DNA of 64,000 bases from a bacterium (GCA_043800535.1 JAZDMV010000002.1:11378-75377); one strand, 5' to 3'; numbered from the stretch's first letter, positions 39,603 through 51,333 are shown. Notes: generated from the letters alone by a model not told the origin. Program-made: numbers and translations.

Positions 39603-39728
39603 GCAAAAAGCTTTAAATTCTTACCTTCATTTTAACCTGTTTTAACGCAAATTGCAACCCCAAAAAGTGGATAAAAACAAATAAAAATACGGCTAGAAAA
39701 CCGTAATCCGTACCCTCCTTAAAAACGG

Positions 39729-40103
39729 CTATTCTGACTTCCGCAGAGCGAAAAATTCAGCCGCTAAAACCAGCACCAGCAAAACCAAGCTGCTTTCCCA
39801 CCAAAAAATACGGTATGTGCGCAAAAAAAGCGAACCGGCCAGAAGCAACGAAAGAAGCGTCCCTTGCCTGAAAGAAATACCCAAAAATCCCGAATGGCTA
39901 TGACTTCTGTACTTTTTTACGCGGGCCAAAAATCCAAATAAGCTAAAAAAACCGGCCAGGCCGATAAACAAACTGAAAAACAAAAGGCCAAGCACAAAAG
40001 CATCGGCGGCTTCGGGCGAAAAAAATCCTACTATTAGAAAAAAAGACGCCAGTGCCAGAACCGTAGTGAAAATGATGCCGGCAAGATAAAGTTTAAGGGT
40101 CAT
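39729..40103 (-). CDS. Hypothetical 4-TM membrane protein
   Basis: Four hydrophobic segments, SFRQG motif. Confidence 0.75.
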   Translation of the reverse strand: MTLKLYLAGIIFTTVLALASFFLIVGFFSPEAADAFVLGLLFFSLFIGLAGFFSLFGFLARVKKYRSHSHSGFLGISFRQGTLLSLLLAGSLFLRTYRIFWWESSLVLLVLVLAAEFFALRKSE

Positions 40104-40305
40104 ATGTATATTTTACAAAATAACTGACATATTTACAACCAGACTACGCAAACAAGAGCTTGCTTAATCACGACTTTTAATGTAGAATACAGGAGTATTT
40201 ATCGCGGGGTAGATCCCGTAAATCCGCCAGGCGAATCATGGGATTTATTACCAAAGCGTAATGCGCGACTTATGTCGCGTGATGAGCGTAGCGAATTATA
40301 CGCGA

Positions 40306-40376
40306 CGCGGGGTAGAGAAGAAGTATCTCGGGGGTCTCATAAGCCCCAGACCCCGGTGCAATTCCGGGCCCCGCAA
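40306..40376 (+). tRNA. tRNA-fMet (CAT), initiator type, CCA not encoded
   Basis: CGCGGGG/CCCCGCA acceptor stem with C1:A72 mismatch; anticodon loop CTCATAA. Confidence 0.85.
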
Positions 40377-40451
40377 CACTTTTGATCTGAAAAAACGCCG
40401 ATGGTTAAATGGTGACAGTGTTTAATTTTGGCGTTATATTTATTTTAGCGA

Positions 40452-40524
40452 GGCGGGGTAGCTCAACTGGTAGAGCGTGGGACTCATAAGCCCAAGGTCG
40501 TGGGTTCAACCCCCACCCCCGCTA
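40452..40524 (+). tRNA. tRNA-Met (CAT), probably elongator (Ile2 not excluded)
   Basis: GGCGGGG/CCCCGCT acceptor stem, TAGCTCA..TGGTAGAGC D-arm, CTCATAA loop, GGTTCAA T-loop. Confidence 0.88.
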
Positions 40525-40539
40525 CAATAAGTCATTTAT

Positions 40540-40615
40540 GGACCGTTAGTGTATCCTTGTCTAACACGTCTCCGTGTCACGTAGAAGAGCGCGGGTTCAA
40601 TTCCCGCACGGTCCG
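40540..40615 (+). tRNA. tRNA-Asp (GTC), with atypical D and anticodon arms
   Basis: GGACCGT/ACGGTCC acceptor stem, G73, GTC anticodon, GCGGG-TTCAATT-CCCGC T-arm. Confidence 0.8.
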
Positions 40616-40626
40616 CAATAGTTTGG

Positions 40627-41370
40627 ATGCAAAAAAATTCCAATAAAGTAATCTTTTTTGATTTATACCAAACTCTTCTTGACGTTGAACTAAGTATCAA
40701 TAATCCAAACCACGAAATCGAGGGGTGGAATATTTTTGCAAAAACTTTACTCAAATATGGTAAGGAAATTAACGGCTTGGACTTTCAAAAACTATACATC
40801 AAGACACGAGATGATTTTTATTCCAAAAAAAGTAAGAAAATTTATCACCACAATTTATTTGAGATAACGTCTAAAGTTTTGGAAGAAGATTTGGGACTAG
40901 AGCTTTCGAAAGAAGAAATAACGGAGCTGATTTATATTCATCGCAAAGCGAGCCGCGGCCATCTTCGTTTGTACCCTGGTGTTTTTGATACGCTCTCTCG
41001 TCTTTCGGAAGGATACATATTATCAACAGCCAGCCATACGCAAGGTTCATTTACGCAGCTTGAGCTACGCGAATTAAATATTGAACAATTCTTCTCTTAC
41101 TTTGTGTACAGTTCAGATATTGGATTTCGCAAAGAATCTACAGAGTTTTATAAGCGCGCCCTGGAGATTGTTGGGAAGAAAGCGGTTGATTGTGTGATGG
41201 TAGGAGACAACTACGACGTGGATGTGCTTGTGCCGCAACAATTGGGTATTCGCACAATCTGGATAAAAAATCCCAATACCGCTGATAGATATCTAATAAA
41301 AAAAGAACCTCCGAACACTCTCAGTCTTGATAGTTTCGAAGATCTATCGAAGTTGATTGAAAGAATTTAG
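40627..41370 (+). CDS. HAD-superfamily hydrolase
   Basis: FFDLYQTL motif I and MVGDN...D motif IV; AT-rich, directly after tRNA-Asp. Confidence 0.85.
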   Translation: MQKNSNKVIFFDLYQTLLDVELSINNPNHEIEGWNIFAKTLLKYGKEINGLDFQKLYIKTRDDFYSKKSKKIYHHNLFEITSKVLEEDLGLELSKEEITELIYIHRKASRGHLRLYPGVFDTLSRLSEGYILSTASHTQGSFTQLELRELNIEQFFSYFVYSSDIGFRKESTEFYKRALEIVGKKAVDCVMVGDNYDVDVLVPQQLGIRTIWIKNPNTADRYLIKKEPPNTLSLDSFEDLSKLIERI

Positions 41371-41606
41371 ATGTGACCGTAGCCGCCCTTTCTATTTTTT
41401 GCAAGGCTGGCTATTCATTAAAAAATAATCTAATCTTTGAATATCAGCTCCGAAACCATTAATAACGGCTTGCCAATCCATAGTTCTAAAGTCATTGCGC
41501 AAGCCCCGCCAAATTTGAAACACCCCGCATAGGGTGTTTTTAGTCAATTGTGCAAAAGTTAGCTTCACGCTTTCTCGCCTATCTGTTAGAATAGAGCCAG
41601 GAGAAT

Positions 41607-44063
41607 ATGTTTATCATTGACTATTTTTTGTGGCACTATCTGCAGGCGCCCAAGAGAATCTTACAGATCTGGGGCAATTTTTTGCGTTTTTTTATTTTCT
41701 ATTTTATTCCCGTTCCCCAGCTTCTGCGCACCCTCCTCTCTCCCTGGAAACGCGATGTCACCGGCTACGGTAAGGGATTTGATTTCAAAAAATTCTTTGA
41801 GACCTTCGCCTTTAACCTAGTCAGTCGATTTCTTGGCGCTGTTGTCAGAACAATAGTGATAGCGCTGGCGCTGGTTTTGGAAATTTTCGCCGTTGCCGGC
41901 GGTTTTTTATTTCTGCTCTTCTGGCTTTTCTGGCCGTTTTTCCTTGTGGGGTCGCTTGTCTATACTATATATCTTCTTTTCCAGCCCGGCATGGCAAAAA
42001 TTGCCAGCATCGGGCTGGTTGGCTTTGACATCGCGACTATTTTTGTCTTTTTGCTTTTTTACCGCATCGCCAAACAAAGAGCGCCAAGCGAGCTTTCTTT
42101 AAAAGAAATTTTTGAACAACCCTGGGCAGATATCGTCTGCGAGCGGCTCGGCCTGCAAAAGCAGCAGATACCCCAGAATGTTCTGCAGGAGCCGGAAAAG
42201 TTTTTGGACGAATTTTTGAAACAAATTTCTCTTCCAAAAAAAGATTTTTCAACGTTTCTTGAATGGCAGATAATGACCCAAGACGAAATTCAGCGCAAAA
42301 AAAGATTCTGGGAAAAAGAAAATCTTTTTAATTCAGGCGGCATCGGCCGCTCCTGGATATACGGCTGGACAAATACGCTTGACCAATTCTCACATCCACT
42401 GCAGGAATTTCGCGGCTCTCTGCATCTCGTCGGCCGGCAAAATGAATTAAAAGCAATGGAAAGGATTTTATGCAAGCAGCAGCAGAGCAACGTTTTAATT
42501 GTCGGCGAGCCTGGTGTCGGCAAAATGACGTTCGTGCGCCAATTCGCAAAACTTATCAGCGAAGGCAAAATTGCTTCTCCTCTGGCTTTTCGACGCGTTA
42601 TTGAAGTTGACCTGAACAGCGCCCTGTCCGGCCTGACTAGCGCCGGACAAATTGAAGAGCGGTTAATCCGCCTTTTTAACGAGGCAGCCGCGGCCGGCAA
42701 TGTAATTTTAATCGTTAATGATTTTCATAATTTCGTCTCTGAAGAACGCAATATCTCCCCCATTCTGACTCCGTTCATTGAGGGCTCGTATTTTCAGCTC
42801 ATTGCCCTGACCACCTATCAAAATCTGCATGAGGAAATAGAAAAAAATCCCGGCCTGCTCAAATTTTTTGAAAAAATAGAAATAAAGGAACCCGGCTTAG
42901 ACGAAACATTTTTAATAATGCTGGATAATATGATTGACCTTGAAAAAAGAGCCGGCCGGAGAATAACCCTGCAGGCGTTAAAGGAAGTTATAAAAACCTC
43001 AGACCAATATATTTCCGACGTGCCGATGCCAGAAAAAGCCATGGACCTGCTTGAGGAAACAACGCTTTATGTGGCCGGCAGCACCAAAGAATATTTTGTT
43101 TCACCCGCTCATGTTGATCTGGTTATTTCGCAAAAAACAGAGATCCCTGTCGGCCAGTTGCAGGCCGCAGAAAAGGAAAAACTGCTTAATCTGGAAGAAT
43201 TTATCCACGCGCGAGTGGTCGGGCAGGATATCGCTGTCAAAGAAATTGCCTCGGCCATGCGGCGCGCCCGGCTTGAAGTTGCTTCCAAAAACAGGCCAAT
43301 GGGCAGTTTCTTATTTCTTGGTCCCACGGGAGTCGGCAAAACCGAAACCGCCAAAGCACTGGCCGAAGCGTATTTTGGTTCAGACACCCGCATGCTGCGC
43401 TTTGATATGTCAGAATACCAGGGCGCTGCGGCCACTGAGCGGATACTCGGCTCGGCCTTAACAGAGGCGCCGGGCATTTTGACAACCGCCGTGCGCGAAA
43501 ATCCTTTTTCGCTCCTTCTGCTGGACGAAATAGAAAAAGCAGACACAAATGTGCTCAATTTATTTTTGCAGGTTCTTGATGAGGGCTGGCTGACCGATGC
43601 TTTCGGCCGCAAGGTTAATTTCCGCAATTTAATTATTATCGCCACCTCCAACGCCGCCACCGAGCTTATCCGCGAAACCGTCCAGCAGGGCAGCGACCCG
43701 AATTCCAGCAAACAAAAAATCCTTGACTACATACAGCAGCAAGGAATTTTCAAACCGGAGTTTTTGAATCGTTTTGACGGAGTCGTGCTGTTCCATCCGC
43801 TTTCACAGGAAGATATTTTAAAAATCGCCCGGCTGCAGCTGGATGCCTTAGCCAAGCGTCTGGCAACCCAGGAAATTATTTTTAATTCCGGCGAAGCGCT
43901 TGCTGAAAAAATTGCCCGGCTGGGATACGACCCGAATTTTGGCGCCCGCGCCATGAAAAGAGTTATCCAGGATAAAATCGAAGACCTTATCGCCAAAAAA
44001 ATGCTTAAAGGGGAAATACAGAAACAAGTGCCGTTTGAGATAAAATCTGAAGAAATAGATTAG
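41607..44063 (+). CDS. ClpA/B-like double AAA+ ATPase with N-terminal membrane domain
   Basis: GEPGVGK, GPTGVGKT, RFDMSEY, LLDEIEKA, PEFLNRFD and FGAR motifs; hydrophobic N-terminal ~150 aa. Confidence 0.9.
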   Translation: MFIIDYFLWHYLQAPKRILQIWGNFLRFFIFYFIPVPQLLRTLLSPWKRDVTGYGKGFDFKKFFETFAFNLVSRFLGAVVRTIVIALALVLEIFAVAGGFLFLLFWLFWPFFLVGSLVYTIYLLFQPGMAKIASIGLVGFDIATIFVFLLFYRIAKQRAPSELSLKEIFEQPWADIVCERLGLQKQQIPQNVLQEPEKFLDEFLKQISLPKKDFSTFLEWQIMTQDEIQRKKRFWEKENLFNSGGIGRSWIYGWTNTLDQFSHPLQEFRGSLHLVGRQNELKAMERILCKQQQSNVLIVGEPGVGKMTFVRQFAKLISEGKIASPLAFRRVIEVDLNSALSGLTSAGQIEERLIRLFNEAAAAGNVILIVNDFHNFVSEERNISPILTPFIEGSYFQLIALTTYQNLHEEIEKNPGLLKFFEKIEIKEPGLDETFLIMLDNMIDLEKRAGRRITLQALKEVIKTSDQYISDVPMPEKAMDLLEETTLYVAGSTKEYFVSPAHVDLVISQKTEIPVGQLQAAEKEKLLNLEEFIHARVVGQDIAVKEIASAMRRARLEVASKNRPMGSFLFLGPTGVGKTETAKALAEAYFGSDTRMLRFDMSEYQGAAATERILGSALTEAPGILTTAVRENPFSLLLLDEIEKADTNVLNLFLQVLDEGWLTDAFGRKVNFRNLIIIATSNAATELIRETVQQGSDPNSSKQKILDYIQQQGIFKPEFLNRFDGVVLFHPLSQEDILKIARLQLDALAKRLATQEIIFNSGEALAEKIARLGYDPNFGARAMKRVIQDKIEDLIAKKMLKGEIQKQVPFEIKSEEID

Positions 44064-44134
44064 AATAACCAATAACCAAGACACAATAATCAAACAGATT
44101 CCATTGGTTATTGTTTTTTGATTATTGGAGCTTT

Positions 44135-44162
44135 AAAAAAATCCGCTTTCGCGGATTTTTTT
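44135..44162. terminator. Bidirectional terminator
   Basis: AAAAAATCCGC-TTTC-GCGGATTTTTT. Confidence 0.75.
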
Positions 44163-44682
44163 AAATCATTTCCAGTTCCTTCAACGCCGCTTCGTAGGCC
44201 CTAACCGCGCTTTCAACCTGATATTTAATCACAATCGCATTTGATTGGTGGACTATCAAATCCCGCAGGCGGTGCGCGTCCTGCACGTCATCAAGTGCGT
44301 GCAGCTGTTGGGTGGTTAGCTTTTCCAGACGCTCGCCCAAATCTCTACCCTCAATGCCCATTCTTTTTAAAACATCTTCCAGCAAATTATCCGCCTCAAT
44401 CACGGCCAGCTTTAAATTCGCCTCGTCTTCCTTTTCCATGCGGTCCTTTATCCTCTGCCAGTCATGTTCCATGCGCTGGGGCAAATTTGGCTTGCGAAAC
44501 GAGTCAATTCCTTCCGATAGCCACCAGGTCGCCCGCGAGCGGGAAAGCAAAACAACTATAGACACCAAAAGGACGGTGCAGACAATTGATGAAGCCACTT
44601 TTATCCAAAGAATCGTATTCGCAAATCCTGTGGACTGAAAATAAGAGACCAAATTGTCATAAATATCCAAAAGATAATTCAT
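44161..44682 (-). CDS. Membrane-anchored hypothetical protein with a HEPN-like Rx4H motif
   Basis: TM helix, LAVIEAD, RDLIVH. Confidence 0.7.
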   Translation of the reverse strand: MNYLLDIYDNLVSYFQSTGFANTILWIKVASSIVCTVLLVSIVVLLSRSRATWWLSEGIDSFRKPNLPQRMEHDWQRIKDRMEKEDEANLKLAVIEADNLLEDVLKRMGIEGRDLGERLEKLTTQQLHALDDVQDAHRLRDLIVHQSNAIVIKYQVESAVRAYEAALKELEMI

Positions 44683-44706
44683 TATAGGGATATCTGACTT
44701 TAATTA

Positions 44707-46161
44707 CTAATTATGAGAACGCTCGTAGGCCAGCGCCGCCTCAAAAATTATTGGTTCGCCCGCATGCGGGCCGATAATCTGCAGGCCAACCGGCAAATTC
44801 CCGATCTTGCCGCAATTCATTGAAAGGGCCGGAACGCCTGCCAGATTTATTGATACCGTATAAATATCGGACAGATACATTTTTACCGGGTCGGCAATTT
44901 TTTCTCCAAATTTAAACGCGGGAGTGGGAGAAACCGGCGTCATAATAACATCCACATCTTTAAACGCGCTTTTAAAATCATTTTTTATCAATGTCCGCAC
45001 TTTCTGCGCTGCCAGATAATAAGCGTCATAATACCCGGCTGATAAGCTGTAAGTCCCGAGCATTATCCGACGCCTGACTTCATCGCCAAAACCGCGCTGC
45101 CGGCTTTTCAAATAAACACCCATCAGGTCGCTGGCAACTCCATCAACTTCGTTCATTGTTGAATATCCGTATTTTATGCCGTCAAACCGCGCCAGGTTCG
45201 CCGAAACCTCCGAAGCCATAATTATATAATAACATGCGAGAGCCAAATCCGAATGCGGCAAGCTTACTTCTTTTACTTTTGCGCCCATTTCCTGGAACCT
45301 GAAAATTGCCTGTTTGACCAGCCCTTCAACTTCTTCGTCAATACCTTGGGCAAAATATTCTTTGGGCATGCCGATCCTTAAGTCCTGAATCTTGAAACCT
45401 GCCCCTCGACTTCGCTCGGGGTAAAAATTAAAATCAACGCTTGTTGAGTCCAAGCTGTCTTTTCCTTTTATCGCGTCAAAAACCATCCTACAGTCTTCAA
45501 CCGTCTTGCCCAACGGCCCTATCTGGTCAAGCGACGAAGCCATCGCCATCAGGCCAAAACGAGAAACTGCGCCATAGGTCGGCTTGAGCCCAGCCACCCC
45601 GCAGAACGAAGCCGGATGACGGATCGAGCCGCCAGTGTCAGACCCAAGAGCATAAATTGTTTCTTCGGCCGCCACCGCCGCGGCCGAGCCGCCCGAAGAC
45701 CCCCCCGGGACGCGCGTCAAGTCGCAGGGATTTTTTGTCGGCCCGAAAGCGGAATTTTCGGTTGAAGAACCCATGGCAAACTCATCCATGTTTGTTTTTC
45801 CGACAAAAACCGCCCCTACTTCTTTCAGTTTTTTTATTACCGTCGCGTCATACGGCGCCACAAAATTCTCCAGAATCTTTGAAGCTGAAGTGCATTTAAG
45901 GCCTTTTGCCAACATGTTGTCTTTCACAGCCACGGGGATACCGGCCAGGTCATTCAAATCCTTGCCTTTACTTCTTGCTTCATCAATTTCTTTGGCCCGC
46001 GCCAGCGCCCCCTCTTCATCCAATGAGAGAAAAGCGTGGATATCCGCGTCTTTTTTCCTTATCTGCGCAAAAACCGCCTCGGTCAGCTCAGCGGAGGAAA
46101 ATTCTTTTTTCTTGAGACCTTCTGCGGCCTGCTTAATTGTCAGCTCGTTCAAGCTCAACAC
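44707..46161 (-). CDS. gatA: Asp/Glu-tRNA amidotransferase subunit A
   Basis: KDN, GKTNMDEFAMGSS, PGGSSGGS, GSDTGGSIR and RFDGIKYG motifs. Confidence 0.97.
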   Translation of the reverse strand: MLSLNELTIKQAAEGLKKKEFSSAELTEAVFAQIRKKDADIHAFLSLDEEGALARAKEIDEARSKGKDLNDLAGIPVAVKDNMLAKGLKCTSASKILENFVAPYDATVIKKLKEVGAVFVGKTNMDEFAMGSSTENSAFGPTKNPCDLTRVPGGSSGGSAAAVAAEETIYALGSDTGGSIRHPASFCGVAGLKPTYGAVSRFGLMAMASSLDQIGPLGKTVEDCRMVFDAIKGKDSLDSTSVDFNFYPERSRGAGFKIQDLRIGMPKEYFAQGIDEEVEGLVKQAIFRFQEMGAKVKEVSLPHSDLALACYYIIMASEVSANLARFDGIKYGYSTMNEVDGVASDLMGVYLKSRQRGFGDEVRRRIMLGTYSLSAGYYDAYYLAAQKVRTLIKNDFKSAFKDVDVIMTPVSPTPAFKFGEKIADPVKMYLSDIYTVSINLAGVPALSMNCGKIGNLPVGLQIIGPHAGEPIIFEAALAYERSHN

Positions 46162-46235
46162 TAAAGATTTAAGAATATAGATTTAAGATTTAAGAATAAA
46201 TTCATAATTCCTAAATCGTAAATCTTAAATCTAAA

Positions 46236-46523
46236 TTATTCCAGCACCCTCTTCACCTTTATATATCCTTTCTCCTTTGCCGGTGCGTTTTCCAAAATTT
46301 GTTTTCTTGCCTGTTCACCCTGACCTTCCATATTTATTTCGTCTTGCCGAAAAATATTAAAAACACCGGTCACCTGGGCCGTCGGCTCAACATTTTTTGT
46401 ATCTGCCTCTTTGAGCTTGGTCACAAAATCCAGAATGGAAGAAAGATCTTTGGCAAATTTTTTTTCCTCCTCTCCTGTTAAGCCCAGGCGCGCAAGCTTT
46501 GCGATATGTTTGACGTCGATCAT
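46236..46523 (-). CDS. gatC: Asp/Glu-tRNA amidotransferase subunit C
   Basis: V.HIAKLARL, R.D, NAP..GYIKV; upstream of gatA. Confidence 0.93.
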   Translation of the reverse strand: MIDVKHIAKLARLGLTGEEEKKFAKDLSSILDFVTKLKEADTKNVEPTAQVTGVFNIFRQDEINMEGQGEQARKQILENAPAKEKGYIKVKRVLE

Positions 46524-46593
46524 TTTAGCGACGAGCGAATAGCGAATAGCGACTAGTAAAATTTTAAAATTACTAGTGGCTAGCCGTTAGTTG

Positions 46594-48720
<2,127 letters not shown>

Positions 48721-48926
48721 TTAGAGGACGGAACCCCGCACCGAATGCTTTGCACGAACTTTTCATCAACGGCTCGTGCCAGCAAAATTCTGATGCCTGG
48801 GTTAAAATTTACTCCGGTTTTACGAATTTTAATCTCAAATTCAAAAAGGCAGTGTGCGGACAACTGCCTTCATTATATGAGGTTCTTTGCACAAAATCAA
48901 TTTCTCCTGATGATATCGCCCCTGTT

Positions 48927-50114
48927 CTAATAATTAATAATTATCTGGCCATTGCCGGTTTGATAGCCGGAAGTATAAGTCGGATTTGAGCCAGAAATAG
49001 CCCAGCCTGAACCGCCGCCTCCGCCTCCTCCTCCTCCGCGGCCGCCGCCGCCTCCTCCGCCATAGTAACCCGCGCCTCCTCCTCCGCCGCCGCTGACATT
49101 ACTGACTGATACCATGCCCGGTCCGCCTGTGCCAAGAGAACCACCCGGTGACATACACACACCATAGTAATAGTTGCATCCCCCGGCTCCGCCGCTTGAT
49201 GCTGTGCCAGAACCGCCACCTGTAGCCAGCCAAGAATATGTTGGGTAAGTATTGCCATATTGATCATAAGCGCCAGCTCCGACGGTTCCGGAAGTTCCGC
49301 CACCGGCTCCGCCGTTGCCGCCGTTGTAATAATATAACTCGCCGGGACTATAAAGGCTACCGCCGCCTCCTCCTCCGCCAGCCGCCACTGCTACCCGATT
49401 TGTCAGCGCCGTTCCTCCTCGTCTAATATCGCTTGCACCTCCGCCGCCGCCGCCATAGGCACCATAAACATCGTTGCCTCCGCTTCCTCCATTATTGTAA
49501 CCGCCTGTATATCCGCTAGCGACCCCGCCGACATAAATATACAGAGTTTCCCCTGGTGTCGTGGAAATTGTTGCTTGAGTACGGCCGCCTCTTGCGCCTG
49601 TGCCGGGGGTAGCGCCAGCATAAGGAGAGTTAGCGTCATGGCCATTTGCGCCCTGCGCGCCTTTTACATCAACTGTAATAGAATTGACGTCAGCCGGCAC
49701 GATCCAGGTCTGCTGGCTGCCATTATAGTTAAAAGTAACAGTGCCAGTAGGAGGTGGAGATGGAAAATTTACTTCTATTTTCCGCCTGCTATTGGAGTAT
49801 GCACCCAAAGAATTAATGAAATTGCTTCCCCAGCTCACCTGATAGCTCGCTTTACTGTATGGCAAAAAAAACGAACCGCTTCCGCTGATAACCCCAACTT
49901 TATATTTCTGATAAAGCGAGTATTCAGCGCCCGCGTCAGCCGCGTAAAAAGCCGGGCCTGACTGCCTGACCGAATCAGAAATTTTAAGCTCGTTAAAAAA
50001 CACGCCCGAAAGGCCGACACCGATCAAAAGCGTAATGCTTAAAATCAGGAGCGTCAGTAAAATAGCAACCGCACCTTTCTGTCTCCCTGACTTTTTAAAA
50101 TCAGAAATGTTCAT
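48927..50114 (-). CDS. PilX-like minor pilin fused to a glycine-rich domain
   Basis: QKG|AVAILL, AFYAADAGAE..L, then VKGAQG..G.GG and GGGGGG blocks ending G.GQIII.Y. Confidence 0.8.
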   Translation of the reverse strand: MNISDFKKSGRQKGAVAILLTLLILSITLLIGVGLSGVFFNELKISDSVRQSGPAFYAADAGAEYSLYQKYKVGVISGSGSFFLPYSKASYQVSWGSNFINSLGAYSNSRRKIEVNFPSPPPTGTVTFNYNGSQQTWIVPADVNSITVDVKGAQGANGHDANSPYAGATPGTGARGGRTQATISTTPGETLYIYVGGVASGYTGGYNNGGSGGNDVYGAYGGGGGGASDIRRGGTALTNRVAVAAGGGGGGGSLYSPGELYYYNGGNGGAGGGTSGTVGAGAYDQYGNTYPTYSWLATGGGSGTASSGGAGGCNYYYGVCMSPGGSLGTGGPGMVSVSNVSGGGGGGAGYYGGGGGGGRGGGGGGGGGSGWAISGSNPTYTSGYQTGNGQIIINY

Positions 50115-50115
50115 A

Positions 50116-50736
50116 TTATTGGTATATCCGATTAGTAATCGTGTCTTCAATCCACATTTCCGGCTGGGCCGTTGTTGAGGGATAAATATGCAGAACAACA
50201 GTCACCCGCGGCTGCTCACCCGCGCTGTTTCGAACATAAAACCTGCCATCAACTCTTATCTGGCTTGAGTTCAGCCGCGCGCTTGCCTGAACACTGCAGC
50301 TTGTTCCGATCTGACGGGTAATGGCTAGCCGTCCGTCCACCGTTGTAAAACAATAAACCACATCAACGTTATTTTGATTTTTTATTGATAAAACCGAGCT
50401 ATTGGCGCTGGTCGCGGTATAAATCTTGCTCATTCTTACTTCTTTGGCAATAACCTCCATGATGTAACGGGCGTCGTCTTGGAGATTCTGCGATAAAAAT
50501 CCCTGCCTCTGGTTTTTAAGCGCGGTTAGAAAAATAGACACTGCCATGGTCATCACGGTCAAAAATATAGCCAGCGCCACCAGCAGCTCAAGGAGGGTAA
50601 ACCCCCACACCATTGACTTGTGCCCGTGTCTTTGCATAATACCCTTTGGGTTCCTACACCATTCATTTATTCGCTGACGCCTGTATGATTCTGGTGTGGG
50701 GGTAAATCCTTTTTTGTTTATAAAACCCAGTTTCAT
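50116..50736 (-). CDS. PilW-like minor pilin with a palindromic insertion at the prepilin cleavage site
   Basis: MKLGFINKKG-FTPTP..VWG|FTLLELLVALAIF; IAKEVRM. Confidence 0.82.
   Translation of the reverse strand: MKLGFINKKGFTPTPESYRRQRINEWCRNPKGIMQRHGHKSMVWGFTLLELLVALAIFLTVMTMAVSIFLTALKNQRQGFLSQNLQDDARYIMEVIAKEVRMSKIYTATSANSSVLSIKNQNNVDVVYCFTTVDGRLAITRQIGTSCSVQASARLNSSQIRVDGRFYVRNSAGEQPRVTVVLHIYPSTTAQPEMWIEDTITNRIYQ
50601..50703. repeat. ACCCCCACACC-family element, in frame in the pilin signal peptide
   Basis: TIR ACCCCCACACCA/TGGTGTGGGGGT; duplicates the GFT tripeptide. Confidence 0.82.
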
Positions 50737-50746
50737 TTTTGAATTT

Positions 50747-50861
50747 ACCCCCACACTTATTCCAGTGATATAGCTTGATGTTCTATCAGAGGGCGGCCAA
50801 GCCCTCTTCGCTCTCCGACAATGAAATTTAGATTGTGTCTCGTCGGAATAAGTGTGGAGGT
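50747..50861. repeat. ACCCCCACAC-family element, intergenic
   Basis: ACCCCCACACTTATTCC..GGAATAAGTGTGGAGGT. Confidence 0.75.
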
Positions 50862-51332
50862 TTACGGCATCCAATTGTATAAATTATCTTCAACCACCGC
50901 CGAAAACTGGCCCAAAGTATCGGTCCATTTTACCTCCGAAACGACATCTATGCTGTCGCTTCCCGCATAAATATAAATAGTCCGGTAAAATTTTGTATCC
51001 GTGCCGGTGTTGTAATTATAAAACCCGTTGCTGTCTATTTTAAGCGGCAGGTTTGCGTATGCAAAGAGTGATGCGCTGTTGTATTGCGTAAGGTAAGTCC
51101 CGCCGGCCAATCCATAGTTCCAGGTCCGGCCCGCAACCCAGTTTGAATCCCTCATGCCGCGCACCATCTCTATCCCTTCTTGAGCCAGATGATTGGCCAT
51201 AAATTTTTCGTTGCTTAAACGGCCGGCCACAACAACATAACGCAGCAGCGACAGCATCGCGACCAGACCAACCATCGTTATGCCCACGGCAAAAATAACA
51301 TCAAGCAAGCTGAAGCCGGTTTTTTTATTCAT
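50862..51332 (-). CDS. PilV-like minor pilin
   Basis: TG|FSLLDVIFA, LAQEGIE.VR..RD.NW, LYNW. Confidence 0.82.
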   Translation of the reverse strand: MNKKTGFSLLDVIFAVGITMVGLVAMLSLLRYVVVAGRLSNEKFMANHLAQEGIEMVRGMRDSNWVAGRTWNYGLAGGTYLTQYNSASLFAYANLPLKIDSNGFYNYNTGTDTKFYRTIYIYAGSDSIDVVSEVKWTDTLGQFSAVVEDNLYNWMP

Positions 51333-51333
51333 T

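Noticed and set aside
39466-39606. N-terminal extension of PheS (MRHCEES...)
   Set aside because: It is a translation of a palindromic element; PheS homology begins at MNLKE. The same applies to the ORF-track extensions of thrS, nusG and the PilW-like gene.
49000-49460. GCC/CCT-rich tandem repeats
   Set aside because: Explained by poly-Gly codons of the glycine-rich domain.
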